A stretch of DNA of 64,000 bases. It comes from a virus (lineage: Duplodnaviria; Caudoviricetes). Under the pieces are notes generated by a model, which was given only the letters and a program-made list of their open reading frames with translations, did no database searches and was not told the DNA's origin. Below, piece by piece: positions 16,152 to 25,511 of this stretch. The DNA is taken from the IMG/VR virus record IMGVR_UViG_3300042483_000388; one strand, 5' to 3'. The position numbers and the translations under genes are program-made. Numbering within the stretch: position 1 is the stretch's first letter; the number at the start of each line of letters is the position of its first letter.

Positions 16152-16555
16152 ATAGATTAATATATATAAATGGAATGGGTCCAAACTATAAGGGGGACAA
16201 TATTTATGAGTTTATATTTTCTGACACATTGGAGGTTTGGGGTGAGAATTGGGATTCAAAACCATCAAATGGATACCCAAGACCTCCAGATATTGATCAC
16301 ATAAAAAAAGTGGGAACATTAGTAAATGAAAATATAGTGTTAGAATTGGTGCAAGATTCGGACGTTTTTTCAGTAATTGACTCAATGGATGGGGTTTTAG
16401 CTTTATCTTGGGAAAAAGAAAACGATAATGTTGATTTTTCTTTGGTTAAAAGATTAGTGTTCCAATTTGGGGATACTGAGGATATTGTTAAAGATAAACT
16501 ATATGAAAGAGATATAGTATTACAATTTGAAAAACAAGTGATTTATGAAAAATAA
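16148..16555 (+). CDS. conserved phage hypothetical protein
   Basis: 135-aa ORF overlapping both neighbours. Confidence 0.75.
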   Translation: MNRLIYINGMGPNYKGDNIYEFIFSDTLEVWGENWDSKPSNGYPRPPDIDHIKKVGTLVNENIVLELVQDSDVFSVIDSMDGVLALSWEKENDNVDFSLVKRLVFQFGDTEDIVKDKLYERDIVLQFEKQVIYEK

Positions 16556-17354
16556 TAAAGACATCGTTTATTTAATTGAGAATGGTCTTCATGTAAAAAC
16601 TCTTTCTAAAATGAGCGACCCTCAAATTAGAGTTTTGGTTGAGAAATTTAAAACAATGAGACAGGAAACAAAAGAAGTAGAGACTATAACATCGGCAATG
16701 ACAAAAACAATTGCAACTCCCCAAGAAATATCAAAAGGAATTCCAATTCCTCCAGGAACTAAAACTGTAAAAACTAATCCCGATGGTACTACCGAATTTA
16801 CGGAATCAGTTGAGGTGGATAGTGATCCAAATAAAGAAACTGAAACACAAGACCCTATTCAAGTAGGTCCTGGAACTGATGATGGGGATAATGATAATAA
16901 TGATGGAATGCCAACCAATGAAGGCGAACTTAGAGAGAAATTTGAATCAAAAGCTCAACAAAACTTCTTTTGGGGTAAATGTAACACAACAAAGGGTGTT
17001 CAAAAACAAAAGTGGTGTCAATTAGCAAGAGAATTCTCAAACGACACAACTAAAAAAGATTACAAAAAAATGCCGGAAAAATTACATCCAGAAAAAACCG
17101 TAAAAGTTAAAAAATCAGAAAAAACAGAAACCATTGAAAAATTTCTGGAGAAAAAAATCTCGGAAATGGTGGAAAGTAAGATACAAGCAAAAATGTCTAA
17201 AAAAGATTTAATTGATGCGGTTAAGAAAAAAAAAGAACCTAAGACAGAAGAACCTATGATTATTCGTAAACCAAAAAAAATGAATATGTTTTCTGATGAA
17301 GCTCCTATGGAACTACCAATAGGTAGAATGTTCTCAATCGGAAAAACAAAGTAA
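16545..17354 (+). CDS. hypothetical protein with internal EKFESKAQQ module
   Basis: 269-aa ORF upstream of terminase. Confidence 0.75.
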   Translation: MKNNKDIVYLIENGLHVKTLSKMSDPQIRVLVEKFKTMRQETKEVETITSAMTKTIATPQEISKGIPIPPGTKTVKTNPDGTTEFTESVEVDSDPNKETETQDPIQVGPGTDDGDNDNNDGMPTNEGELREKFESKAQQNFFWGKCNTTKGVQKQKWCQLAREFSNDTTKKDYKKMPEKLHPEKTVKVKKSEKTETIEKFLEKKISEMVESKIQAKMSKKDLIDAVKKKKEPKTEEPMIIRKPKKMNMFSDEAPMELPIGRMFSIGKTK

Positions 17355-17408
17355 TTTTTTGGGTAAAGTCATTATTTCGTAAAAACCCCTACCAAGTATT
17401 TATATTAT

Positions 17409-19184
17409 ATGGGACTATCTAAAGAACAGGTAATGATTGAATATGTTAAGTGTATGCAGGACACTCCATACGCTCTTCGCACATATTTACAAACTTACGA
17501 CAATACGGTATCACAATACGTCCCATTAGAATTATTTCCGGATCAGGTTTCTTTATTACAAGATTATGAGGATTATGAGGAAAACATCGCATTAAAATAT
17601 AGACAAGCTGGTGTATCAACGGTAACGGCAGCTTGGGTGTCAAAACGATTAGTTTTTGCTAAGAAAACTAAACCAGAAAAAATCTTAATTATTGCTAACA
17701 AACTTGATACATCCCAAGAGATGGCAAATAAGATTAGATCGTTTGTGGGTCAATGGCCTTCTTGGGTTGGTACTGGATTTGCGTCAGAAAAAAATGCACA
17801 AAAACACTACAAACTTGTAAATGGGTCTGAGGTTAAAGCGGTGGCAACATCAAAAGATGCCTTGAGAGGATTTACACCAACAATACTCATATTTGATGAG
17901 GCAGCATTTATTGAGGCGGATAACGATTTTTGGGCGGCTTGTATGGCGTCCCTATCCACTGGAGGTAAGGTAATCGTGGTTTCTACCCCTAACGGGTATG
18001 ACCCAATTTACTATGAAATATATGACCAAGCATTAAAAGGGATGAATCAATTTAAGATTACTGAAATGTTTTGGTATAGGGATCCACGATACACAAAAGA
18101 TCTTTATTTAGTTAAGACTGACGATATAGTTCATTATTTGCTCAATAGAGAAGAATATGACGAATCAAAAAATATTTCATTATCACATGTTGACCCATAT
18201 GAAAGAGATTACGATGAAATGTCTTACTTTTTTAAACAAGGGTATAAGCCATGTTCAAGTTGGTATGAAAAAATGGTTAAAAAACTTAAATATGATAAAA
18301 GAAAAATTAACCAAGAATTAAATTGTGCGTTTTTAGGGTCTGGTGACAACGTATTTGATAATAAACAACTTGAAGATATTAAAAATCTCTCATTGCAAGA
18401 ACCAATAACAAAGTTAATGGGTAATTCTATTTGGATATGGAAAGAACCTGTTGAGGGACATAAATATATTATGGGTATGGATGTTTCTCGTGGTGATAGC
18501 GAAGATTTTTCATCTATACAGATTATTGATTTTGATACAAGAGAACAAGTTTTTGAATATGTTGGAAAAATTCCTCCAGATAATTTAGCTGAAGTCGCCT
18601 ATAAATGGGCTGTTATGTATAAAGCATTTATTGTTGTGGATATTACTGGTGGTATGGGAATTACAACGGTAAGAAAACTACAAGAATTAGGATATAGGAG
18701 TTTATATGTTGAGGGTGTTGATTCTATGAATATTTGGGCGGTTAATAAAACTGCTATTGATAAAATACCTGGAATAAACTTTAACAACAAAAGAGTTCAG
18801 ATTATTGCCGCCTTTGAGGAGGGAATAAGACATAAATTCCAAATTAGAAGTGTTCGTTTATATAATGAGATGAATACGTTTATGTATATGAATGGTAGAC
18901 CAGACCACCAAAAAGGACAACATGATGACCTTATTATGGGAATATCTATGGCACTATATGTTGGTGAATCATCATTCTCTAAATTAGAAAAAGTAACCGA
19001 ACAAACAAAATCTATGATTAATTCATGGGCGGTTGTTAATAACGATACGGTGGCTAAGGAAGCTCACTTTAACCCAGTAATCCCAAATCAGAATATGTTG
19101 AATGAGAGGGCGGGTTTAAACACAGGAGCATCACGTAAGGACTATGAACAATATGGTTGGTTATTTGGTGGTATGAGAAGATAA
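17409..19184 (+). CDS. terL: terminase large subunit (T4 gp17-like)
   Basis: KYRQAGVST Walker A variant, LIFDEAAF Walker B, VSTPNG, GMDVSRG and HDDL nuclease motifs. Confidence 0.95.
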   Translation: MGLSKEQVMIEYVKCMQDTPYALRTYLQTYDNTVSQYVPLELFPDQVSLLQDYEDYEENIALKYRQAGVSTVTAAWVSKRLVFAKKTKPEKILIIANKLDTSQEMANKIRSFVGQWPSWVGTGFASEKNAQKHYKLVNGSEVKAVATSKDALRGFTPTILIFDEAAFIEADNDFWAACMASLSTGGKVIVVSTPNGYDPIYYEIYDQALKGMNQFKITEMFWYRDPRYTKDLYLVKTDDIVHYLLNREEYDESKNISLSHVDPYERDYDEMSYFFKQGYKPCSSWYEKMVKKLKYDKRKINQELNCAFLGSGDNVFDNKQLEDIKNLSLQEPITKLMGNSIWIWKEPVEGHKYIMGMDVSRGDSEDFSSIQIIDFDTREQVFEYVGKIPPDNLAEVAYKWAVMYKAFIVVDITGGMGITTVRKLQELGYRSLYVEGVDSMNIWAVNKTAIDKIPGINFNNKRVQIIAAFEEGIRHKFQIRSVRLYNEMNTFMYMNGRPDHQKGQHDDLIMGISMALYVGESSFSKLEKVTEQTKSMINSWAVVNNDTVAKEAHFNPVIPNQNMLNERAGLNTGASRKDYEQYGWLFGGMRR

Positions 19185-19189
19185 TAATT

Positions 19190-19357
19190 ATGGGACTAAG
19201 TTTTAGAAAAAGATCGGGTAAAATAGCAAATGGGTCAAGATTGGTTGTTCCTGGACAAATAACAACAGGCCAAAAAGTTTTTGAGGTTACATTCACTAAA
19301 AAACAAAATCCATATGATGGATTGCCACTTCCACCATTTTCGGGAACTACACCATAA
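19190..19357 (+). CDS. small hypothetical protein (55 aa)
   Basis: MGLSFRKRSGK...; between terL and portal. Confidence 0.55.
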   Translation: MGLSFRKRSGKIANGSRLVVPGQITTGQKVFEVTFTKKQNPYDGLPLPPFSGTTP

Positions 19358-19413
19358 AATCAAGGTATTAAACAAACTATTTAGATATTTATTAGTATAG
19401 TTAAATTATTTAC

Positions 19414-21195
19414 ATGGAAAATAACAATCAAAATTTTACAGTTTGGCAAAGGTTATCCAAAACTTTTGGACCTGATTCAACATTGGGGATGAGTCAACCT
19501 GACTATAAGTTAGATAAGAAAGAAATACTAAAAACAACAGATAAGGCCGAATACGAAAGGGCTAAATTACAGAATCAACAATCACTATACCTAAGTTCAA
19601 ATTGGGCTAAGGTCGAGAACAATCTTTATACTCAGGCGGTTTATTACGAACCAACAAGATTAGCAGCATTTTATGATTTTGAAAGTATGGAATACACTCC
19701 AGAAATCTCCGCAGCATTAGATATATATGCCGAAGAATCGACAACACCAAATCAAGATGGGTATGTTCTTCAGGTATATTCAGAATCAAAAAGAATTAAA
19801 AGTATTTTAGTTGATTTATTCGTAAATAATTTAGACGTAAACACCAACTTACCAATGTGGATTAGGAATATGTGTAAGTATGGTGATAATTTCGTTTATT
19901 TAAAATTAGATCATGAAAAGGGTGTCACTGGTTGTCTGCAACTACCTAACATTGAAATTGAAAGATTAGAGAAGGGTATGGAATCTAGATCATTTAATAT
20001 AACACCAGATGAAAATCAAAAAGCGTTAAGATTTACATGGAAAGTTAAAAATGTTGATTTTAACACTTGGGAGGTCGCTCACTTCAGATTATTGGGTGAT
20101 GATAGAAAACTTCCTTATGGGACATCTATGTTGGAGAAAGCAAGACGTATTTGGAAACAATTGGTTTTGGCCGAAGATGCGATGTTAATTTATAGAACAT
20201 CAAGAGCTCCTGAAAGACGAGTATTCAAAGTTTTTGTTGGTAATATGGATGATAAAGATGTTGAGGCCTACGTTCAAAGGGTTGCAAACAAATTTAAAAG
20301 GGATCAAGTGGTTGATAATAAAACGGGTAATGTAGATCTAAGATTCAACCAAATGGCGGTTGATCAAGATTATTTTATACCTGTACGTGACACCGCACAA
20401 GCAAGTCCCATCGACACCTTACCTGGAGCAACAAATTTATCTGAAATCGCCGATATTGAATATATTCAAAAGAAATTGGTAACGGCATTAAGAATACCTA
20501 AAGCGTATTTAGGTTTTGAGGAGGCTCTTGGAGATGGTAAAAACTTATCATTGTTGGATATTCGTTTCGCAAGAACAATTAACAGGATTCAAAAATCAGT
20601 AATTGCTGAATTAAATAAAATCGCAATTATTCACCTATTCTTAATGGGTTTTGAGGATGAATTACAAAACTTTACCTTAGGACTTACTAATCCATCTAAA
20701 CAAGCCGATTTGTTAATGATTGATGTTTGGAAAGAAAAAGTGACATTATATAAGGATATGGTTGCGGAAATTCCAAAATCAATTCAAGCTACTTCGGCAA
20801 CATGGGCTAAGAAACATATATTCGGATTCTCTGATGAGGAAATTAAGTTGGAGTTACAACAAGTTAGAATGGAAAGAGCGGTTGCTGCCGAACTTGATAA
20901 TACGGCAACAATTATTACTAAAACTGGATTATTTGATACTGTGGATAGGTTATATAAACCACCAGCATCCGGATCAACAGAATCTCCAGCACCTGAAGCT
21001 GGAGGGGCACCACCACCTGATGCGGGAGGTCCTCCACCTCCACCAGACGCAGGTCCACCAATTCCGGAATCAACTCTTAATAGTAAATTAAATATTCTTA
21101 CCGAAAATTCTGAGGACGAATTTTTGGATTTCTATAAAATGAATAACTCTTTAGGTTCAATTGAAAAAGAATTATCTAAATTATTACGAGATTAA
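19414..21195 (+). CDS. portal protein (T4 gp20-like)
   Basis: YR..RAPERRVF, EDAMLIYR, DYFIP, IDTLPGATNLSEIADIEY. Confidence 0.95.
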   Translation: MENNNQNFTVWQRLSKTFGPDSTLGMSQPDYKLDKKEILKTTDKAEYERAKLQNQQSLYLSSNWAKVENNLYTQAVYYEPTRLAAFYDFESMEYTPEISAALDIYAEESTTPNQDGYVLQVYSESKRIKSILVDLFVNNLDVNTNLPMWIRNMCKYGDNFVYLKLDHEKGVTGCLQLPNIEIERLEKGMESRSFNITPDENQKALRFTWKVKNVDFNTWEVAHFRLLGDDRKLPYGTSMLEKARRIWKQLVLAEDAMLIYRTSRAPERRVFKVFVGNMDDKDVEAYVQRVANKFKRDQVVDNKTGNVDLRFNQMAVDQDYFIPVRDTAQASPIDTLPGATNLSEIADIEYIQKKLVTALRIPKAYLGFEEALGDGKNLSLLDIRFARTINRIQKSVIAELNKIAIIHLFLMGFEDELQNFTLGLTNPSKQADLLMIDVWKEKVTLYKDMVAEIPKSIQATSATWAKKHIFGFSDEEIKLELQQVRMERAVAAELDNTATIITKTGLFDTVDRLYKPPASGSTESPAPEAGGAPPPDAGGPPPPPDAGPPIPESTLNSKLNILTENSEDEFLDFYKMNNSLGSIEKELSKLLRD

Positions 21196-21219
21196 TAATA
21201 TTTATATTAAAAACTAATT

Positions 21220-21936
21220 ATGAATTTCGGAGAATTAAAATCAAAAATAGAGGTCTGTTTGTCAGAATCTTATAAGAAGAATAACTTAAAGAAAGATCTT
21301 TTCGTATTTAACGAACTGGTCTTGAAGAATAAAAATATTTCAAAAATATTCTTTCTTTATGATGAATTGTCTAAAAACAAGGGATTGTCTGAGTCAATTG
21401 CAAATGAATACATTAATGGGTCTATAACGGCTTACGAAAATACTGTTAACAAAATATCGTTAAAAGAGATTAAAGAATTAAAGTATTGGATTGGTCACAT
21501 TATTTGTGAAAATGAATATAAAAATATTGATAATTTATTTTCAACAAACTTTTTAGTTTTAGAAAATAAAATTAAAAGTAAAAAACTTATTTCTGAAAAC
21601 TTAAGACAAACAGAAAAAGAAATAAAAGATGTGATCAATGTTCCTTTAAAGTCGATGATTAATGTGGCAAATAAAACGGTAAAAAATTTTATTTCTAGCC
21701 TGAACGAGTCTGAACAAAAAGAATTAAATAAAATATTATCTACACCAAAAAATATTTTGGTTAAAAAATACGACAAAATTAAAGATGATGTTAAGGAAAA
21801 ATTGGAAGATAGAAGACTAACAGAATCTGACGACGAAACTGTAAACACTATTGATAAAGTTTTAGGTAGATTACAAACAGAATCTTTTAATGAACTTAAT
21901 CTTTATAAGTTGATTAAGTTATCAGACTCTCTTTAA
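21220..21936 (+). CDS. helical head-module protein (prohead core-like)
   Basis: Between portal and protease; repeated LSES/LNES/LTES sites. Confidence 0.6.
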   Translation: MNFGELKSKIEVCLSESYKKNNLKKDLFVFNELVLKNKNISKIFFLYDELSKNKGLSESIANEYINGSITAYENTVNKISLKEIKELKYWIGHIICENEYKNIDNLFSTNFLVLENKIKSKKLISENLRQTEKEIKDVINVPLKSMINVANKTVKNFISSLNESEQKELNKILSTPKNILVKKYDKIKDDVKEKLEDRRLTESDDETVNTIDKVLGRLQTESFNELNLYKLIKLSDSL

Positions 21937-22104
21937 TTTTTGGGTATAAATTGCTTTTTGGATCTCCGATCTTCTTTTAATAGATTTTTTGGTAAATTCT
22001 TTTCCATTAAATAATTTAGCATTTTGTTTTGTTCTTATCACTTTTCCTTTAAGTTCTTTTAGGGATTTATCAATATTTCCCTTTTTTACCACTACAATTA
22101 ACAT
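21922..22104 (-). CDS. rpsU: phage-encoded ribosomal protein bS21
   Basis: MLIVVVKKGNIDKSLKELK...EFTKKSIKRRSEIQKAIY follows the Bacteroidota bS21 pattern (IDxxLKxxK; FTKxSxxRRxExxKA). Confidence 0.85.
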   Translation of the reverse strand: MLIVVVKKGNIDKSLKELKGKVIRTKQNAKLFNGKEFTKKSIKRRSEIQKAIYTQKLKRV

Positions 22105-22184
22105 ATTTTTTTCTTTTGTTGATATAAATATAATGATTACTTATCTTTATGTCAAAAATAAACCTAAGAGTATGAAAATTTTAC

Positions 22185-22652
22185 ATGAAAAAAGGGAAAA
22201 CAACCAAATTAAATGGATATAGAACATTTAAATCGCATTATGGAACCATTGATGCACAAAACCTTAAATCAATTTACGTCAATCTACAGACGTGGGTAGA
22301 ACCAAAAGAAGAAGTAGAGAATTGGAATAGAGTAGTCCTAAACATGTCAAGATCCGTTAAACATTCGGTTTTAGAAAACATAAACAAAGAAGTATTTGAC
22401 GACAAATTTATTGTCGATTTAGATCTTAGAACAAGTGGATTACACCTAAAGAAAAAATCATTTATGAATTTAGAGGTTAATCTTTTCTTACACGAACCGA
22501 TGGACTTCAAATCACCAAAATTAAAGAAACATGTGAAATCTTTAATTAAATCAATATATGGTAACGTATTCAGTAAAAACAAAAATTTTAAATTTTATTT
22601 AACCAAAACCGGAAATTTAAAACCTATTAAACAAGAAACAGAAACTATTTAG
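22185..22652 (+). CDS. conserved phage hypothetical protein
   Basis: 155-aa ORF in head module. Confidence 0.75.
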   Translation: MKKGKTTKLNGYRTFKSHYGTIDAQNLKSIYVNLQTWVEPKEEVENWNRVVLNMSRSVKHSVLENINKEVFDDKFIVDLDLRTSGLHLKKKSFMNLEVNLFLHEPMDFKSPKLKKHVKSLIKSIYGNVFSKNKNFKFYLTKTGNLKPIKQETETI

Positions 22653-22673
22653 TATTTATATATAAAATAATAA

Positions 22674-23405
22674 ATGGAAGAATTTAAAATATTAGGTCCG
22701 AGAGATTCAGGTAAGAAAGGAATTCTTATTGAATATGATGCTGGATACATCAACCCAAAAGAAAGAAGAAATTTAGATGCTATCAACGAAAATAGAGATA
22801 TGTTGGATCATTCTAAACCATTTGAGTTTTATGCTGTTCTTCAAAAATACGACACCCCAAATAGAAATGGTCGTATATACCCTGAAAGAATATTAAAAAG
22901 AGAGTCGGAGAATTATAAAAAGATGATTGAAAAAGGAACGTCTCTTTCTGAGTTAAATCACCCTGAGTCATCTTTAATTGATTTAGACAGAGCATCACAT
23001 CTTATTACAGAGATATGGTGGGAGGGTCCTGTTTTATTAGGTAAATTGAAATTACTTACAAGTCCAGGTTTCCATGAAAGAGGTATTGTATCAACAAAAG
23101 GGGATTTAGCCGCAAATTTCTTACGTCAGGGGGTTACATTAGGAATATCCTCTCGCGGAGTAGGTTCCCTTAAGAAGGTTGGAGAACAAAATGAAGTTCA
23201 GGATGACTTTGAATTAATTTGTTTTGACCTTGTATCTTCACCATCTACACCGGGAGCTTATTTGTTCTCAGATAAAAACGATAGAATGAAATATGAGGAG
23301 AACTTAGACGAGGAGAAAAAAATGTCAGTAGAAAGAAATGTTGGGGAATCAGGAAACAAATCACTTGACTTAATGAAAAGATTAACCCATTATTTGGATA
23401 AATAA
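22674..23405 (+). CDS. prohead core protease (T4 gp21-like)
   Basis: NRNGRIY, ELNHP, GISSRGVGS, FDLVSSPSTPGA. Confidence 0.93.
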   Translation: MEEFKILGPRDSGKKGILIEYDAGYINPKERRNLDAINENRDMLDHSKPFEFYAVLQKYDTPNRNGRIYPERILKRESENYKKMIEKGTSLSELNHPESSLIDLDRASHLITEIWWEGPVLLGKLKLLTSPGFHERGIVSTKGDLAANFLRQGVTLGISSRGVGSLKKVGEQNEVQDDFELICFDLVSSPSTPGAYLFSDKNDRMKYEENLDEEKKMSVERNVGESGNKSLDLMKRLTHYLDK

Positions 23406-23412
23406 AAAAATT

Positions 23413-23625
23413 ATGGACGAAAAGTATTTTGTAACGAAGATCACCACAGATATGTTGGATGAGAACACAGGAAAGATTAAAAAAATGAGAGAGGAAAAAT
23501 TGGTTAAAGGTTACTCACCTACCGATGTTGAGGCTAAAGTGACTAAAGTGTATGAAAATTACACAATGGCTTGGAGAATTACTTCTATTGGTGAAAGTAA
23601 AATTGATGAAGTAATCGAAGGGTAA
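23413..23625 (+). CDS. small hypothetical protein
   Basis: 70-aa ORF after protease. Confidence 0.7.
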   Translation: MDEKYFVTKITTDMLDENTGKIKKMREEKLVKGYSPTDVEAKVTKVYENYTMAWRITSIGESKIDEVIEG

Positions 23626-23646
23626 TTTTAAAATTTTAAGGTGTGA

Positions 23647-23682
23647 ATGGGAAAGGACAATAGTCTTTTTCCATTTTTTTTT
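23647..23682 (+). terminator. intrinsic terminator
   Basis: ATGGGAAAGGAC-AATA-GTCTTTTTCCAT then T-run. Confidence 0.75.
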
Positions 23683-23753
23683 GCGTTATAATACCAAAAA
23701 CCCAATTTTTTTTAAAAACATAGATATTTATTTGAAAACTATATAAAAAAAGC

Positions 23754-25478
23754 ATGGAAAAAAAACAAAATGTAGTAGAAGACGCTCTATTCCAAATTCG
23801 TAATTTGGAAGAGACTCTACAAGAAAATGCAAAAGGAATACTTCAATCTACAATGAAAGAAGAAATCAGACAATTAGTAAAAGAATCTCTTAGGGAACAA
23901 GATGAAGAGGAGATTGAACCATTAACAGGCGGAGAAGCCGAACTTGATTCTGAGACAGAATTTGAAGATGACGACATGGATGACATGGAAGATGATGACA
24001 TGGATGACATGGAAGATGACGAAATGGGTGACGTGGAAGATGACGAAATGGAATTTGATGTTGACGATGAAGAAACTATTGATTTGACAAGTGCGTCAGA
24101 TGAAGAAGTATTAAAGGTTTTCAAAGCTATGGGAGATGAAGATGGAATCATCGTGAAAAAAGAAGGTGGTAATATTCACCTTAAAGATGGTGATAATGAT
24201 TATATGATCCAATTAGGAGAATCTTACATGGACGATGGTCAAGAAGAAGATGAATTTGAACCAACTGACCTTGAAGAAACAATCTATGAAATTCAAATGG
24301 ATGAAGAAGATGATTTAAATCCTGAAGGAGAAACAATCTACGAAATTCAAATGGATGAAGAATACGACGAAATGGATTTTGAAACTCCTGTGAGAGATGC
24401 TATCAGATCTCATAAAGGTAGATTTGAAACTCCTATGAGAGATAGATTAAGATCTCGTATGGAAGATAACGTGGAAGATGACATGTCAGATAGATTCAGA
24501 TCTCGTAGATATAGAGATATGGAAGATGACATGGCAGAAGGTGTTGATCCTGAAATGATGGAATACAATATGTCTAACCTTGATCTTGGTGAAGAAGATG
24601 ATATGTATTCTAGTCCAGAAATGGGTGAAGGAAATCATATGTATGGTAATTCAGAAATGGAAGAAGAAGAAGAAGTGAGTATGAGTGATTTAAACTCAGT
24701 TATGGAAGCCGTTAAAAAAGCTATGAAACCGAAAGGAATTGGAATGGGAAATGCTTCTAAATTCAAATATGGTAAAAAACCTAACATGAGTGGAGGGTTT
24801 AACGAAAAAAGAAAAGAAGGACCTAAATCTGTTGGTACAGGTAAAGCTAGATTTGAATACAAAGAAGAACATGAATATGGTGGTAACTCACACGATTACA
24901 AACGTAAGGATGTTAAGGGTGTTGAGAAAAAAACCGGAGTCGTGAAAGGTCATTTTAAAGATTATGAAGGTAAGAAATCTGAAACTAAAGAATCCGCGAG
25001 AACTTTAGGTAATGGTAGTAGAAATTATCCGGAAAGAAAATCTATACCTAAAATGAGAGTAAGACCAACTAATGAAAGTGTTTCAAATGAAGTGAATTTG
25101 TTAAAAGAAAAAAATAATGAATACAGACAAGCTCTTGATATTTTTAGAACAAAACTTAATGAAGTTGCAACATTTAATTCAAACTTGGCTTATGCAACAA
25201 GACTATTTACTGAACACTCAACAACTAAACAAGAAAAAATAAATATTCTTAGAAGATTTGACAATGTCGATACTTTGAAGGAATCAAAAAGTCTGTATAG
25301 GTCAATAAAGGATGAGTTATCATCTGGATCTAAATCAGAAGAAAGATTAACCGAATCAATTGAAAGAACTGTTAACAGAACCGCATCTACGGGATCGTCA
25401 ACTAATCTAATTGAATCAAAAACGTATGAAAATCCACAATTCTTAAGAATGAAGGATTTGATGACAAAAATAAAATAA
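23754..25478 (+). CDS. prohead scaffold/core protein (gp22-like)
   Basis: Very acidic, coiled-coil C-terminus, immediately upstream of MCP; DDMDDMED-type repeats. Confidence 0.8.
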   Translation: MEKKQNVVEDALFQIRNLEETLQENAKGILQSTMKEEIRQLVKESLREQDEEEIEPLTGGEAELDSETEFEDDDMDDMEDDDMDDMEDDEMGDVEDDEMEFDVDDEETIDLTSASDEEVLKVFKAMGDEDGIIVKKEGGNIHLKDGDNDYMIQLGESYMDDGQEEDEFEPTDLEETIYEIQMDEEDDLNPEGETIYEIQMDEEYDEMDFETPVRDAIRSHKGRFETPMRDRLRSRMEDNVEDDMSDRFRSRRYRDMEDDMAEGVDPEMMEYNMSNLDLGEEDDMYSSPEMGEGNHMYGNSEMEEEEEVSMSDLNSVMEAVKKAMKPKGIGMGNASKFKYGKKPNMSGGFNEKRKEGPKSVGTGKARFEYKEEHEYGGNSHDYKRKDVKGVEKKTGVVKGHFKDYEGKKSETKESARTLGNGSRNYPERKSIPKMRVRPTNESVSNEVNLLKEKNNEYRQALDIFRTKLNEVATFNSNLAYATRLFTEHSTTKQEKINILRRFDNVDTLKESKSLYRSIKDELSSGSKSEERLTESIERTVNRTASTGSSTNLIESKTYENPQFLRMKDLMTKIK

Positions 25479-25511
25479 ACAATAAACAAAAATAATAAAA
25501 ACCAAAAAAAA

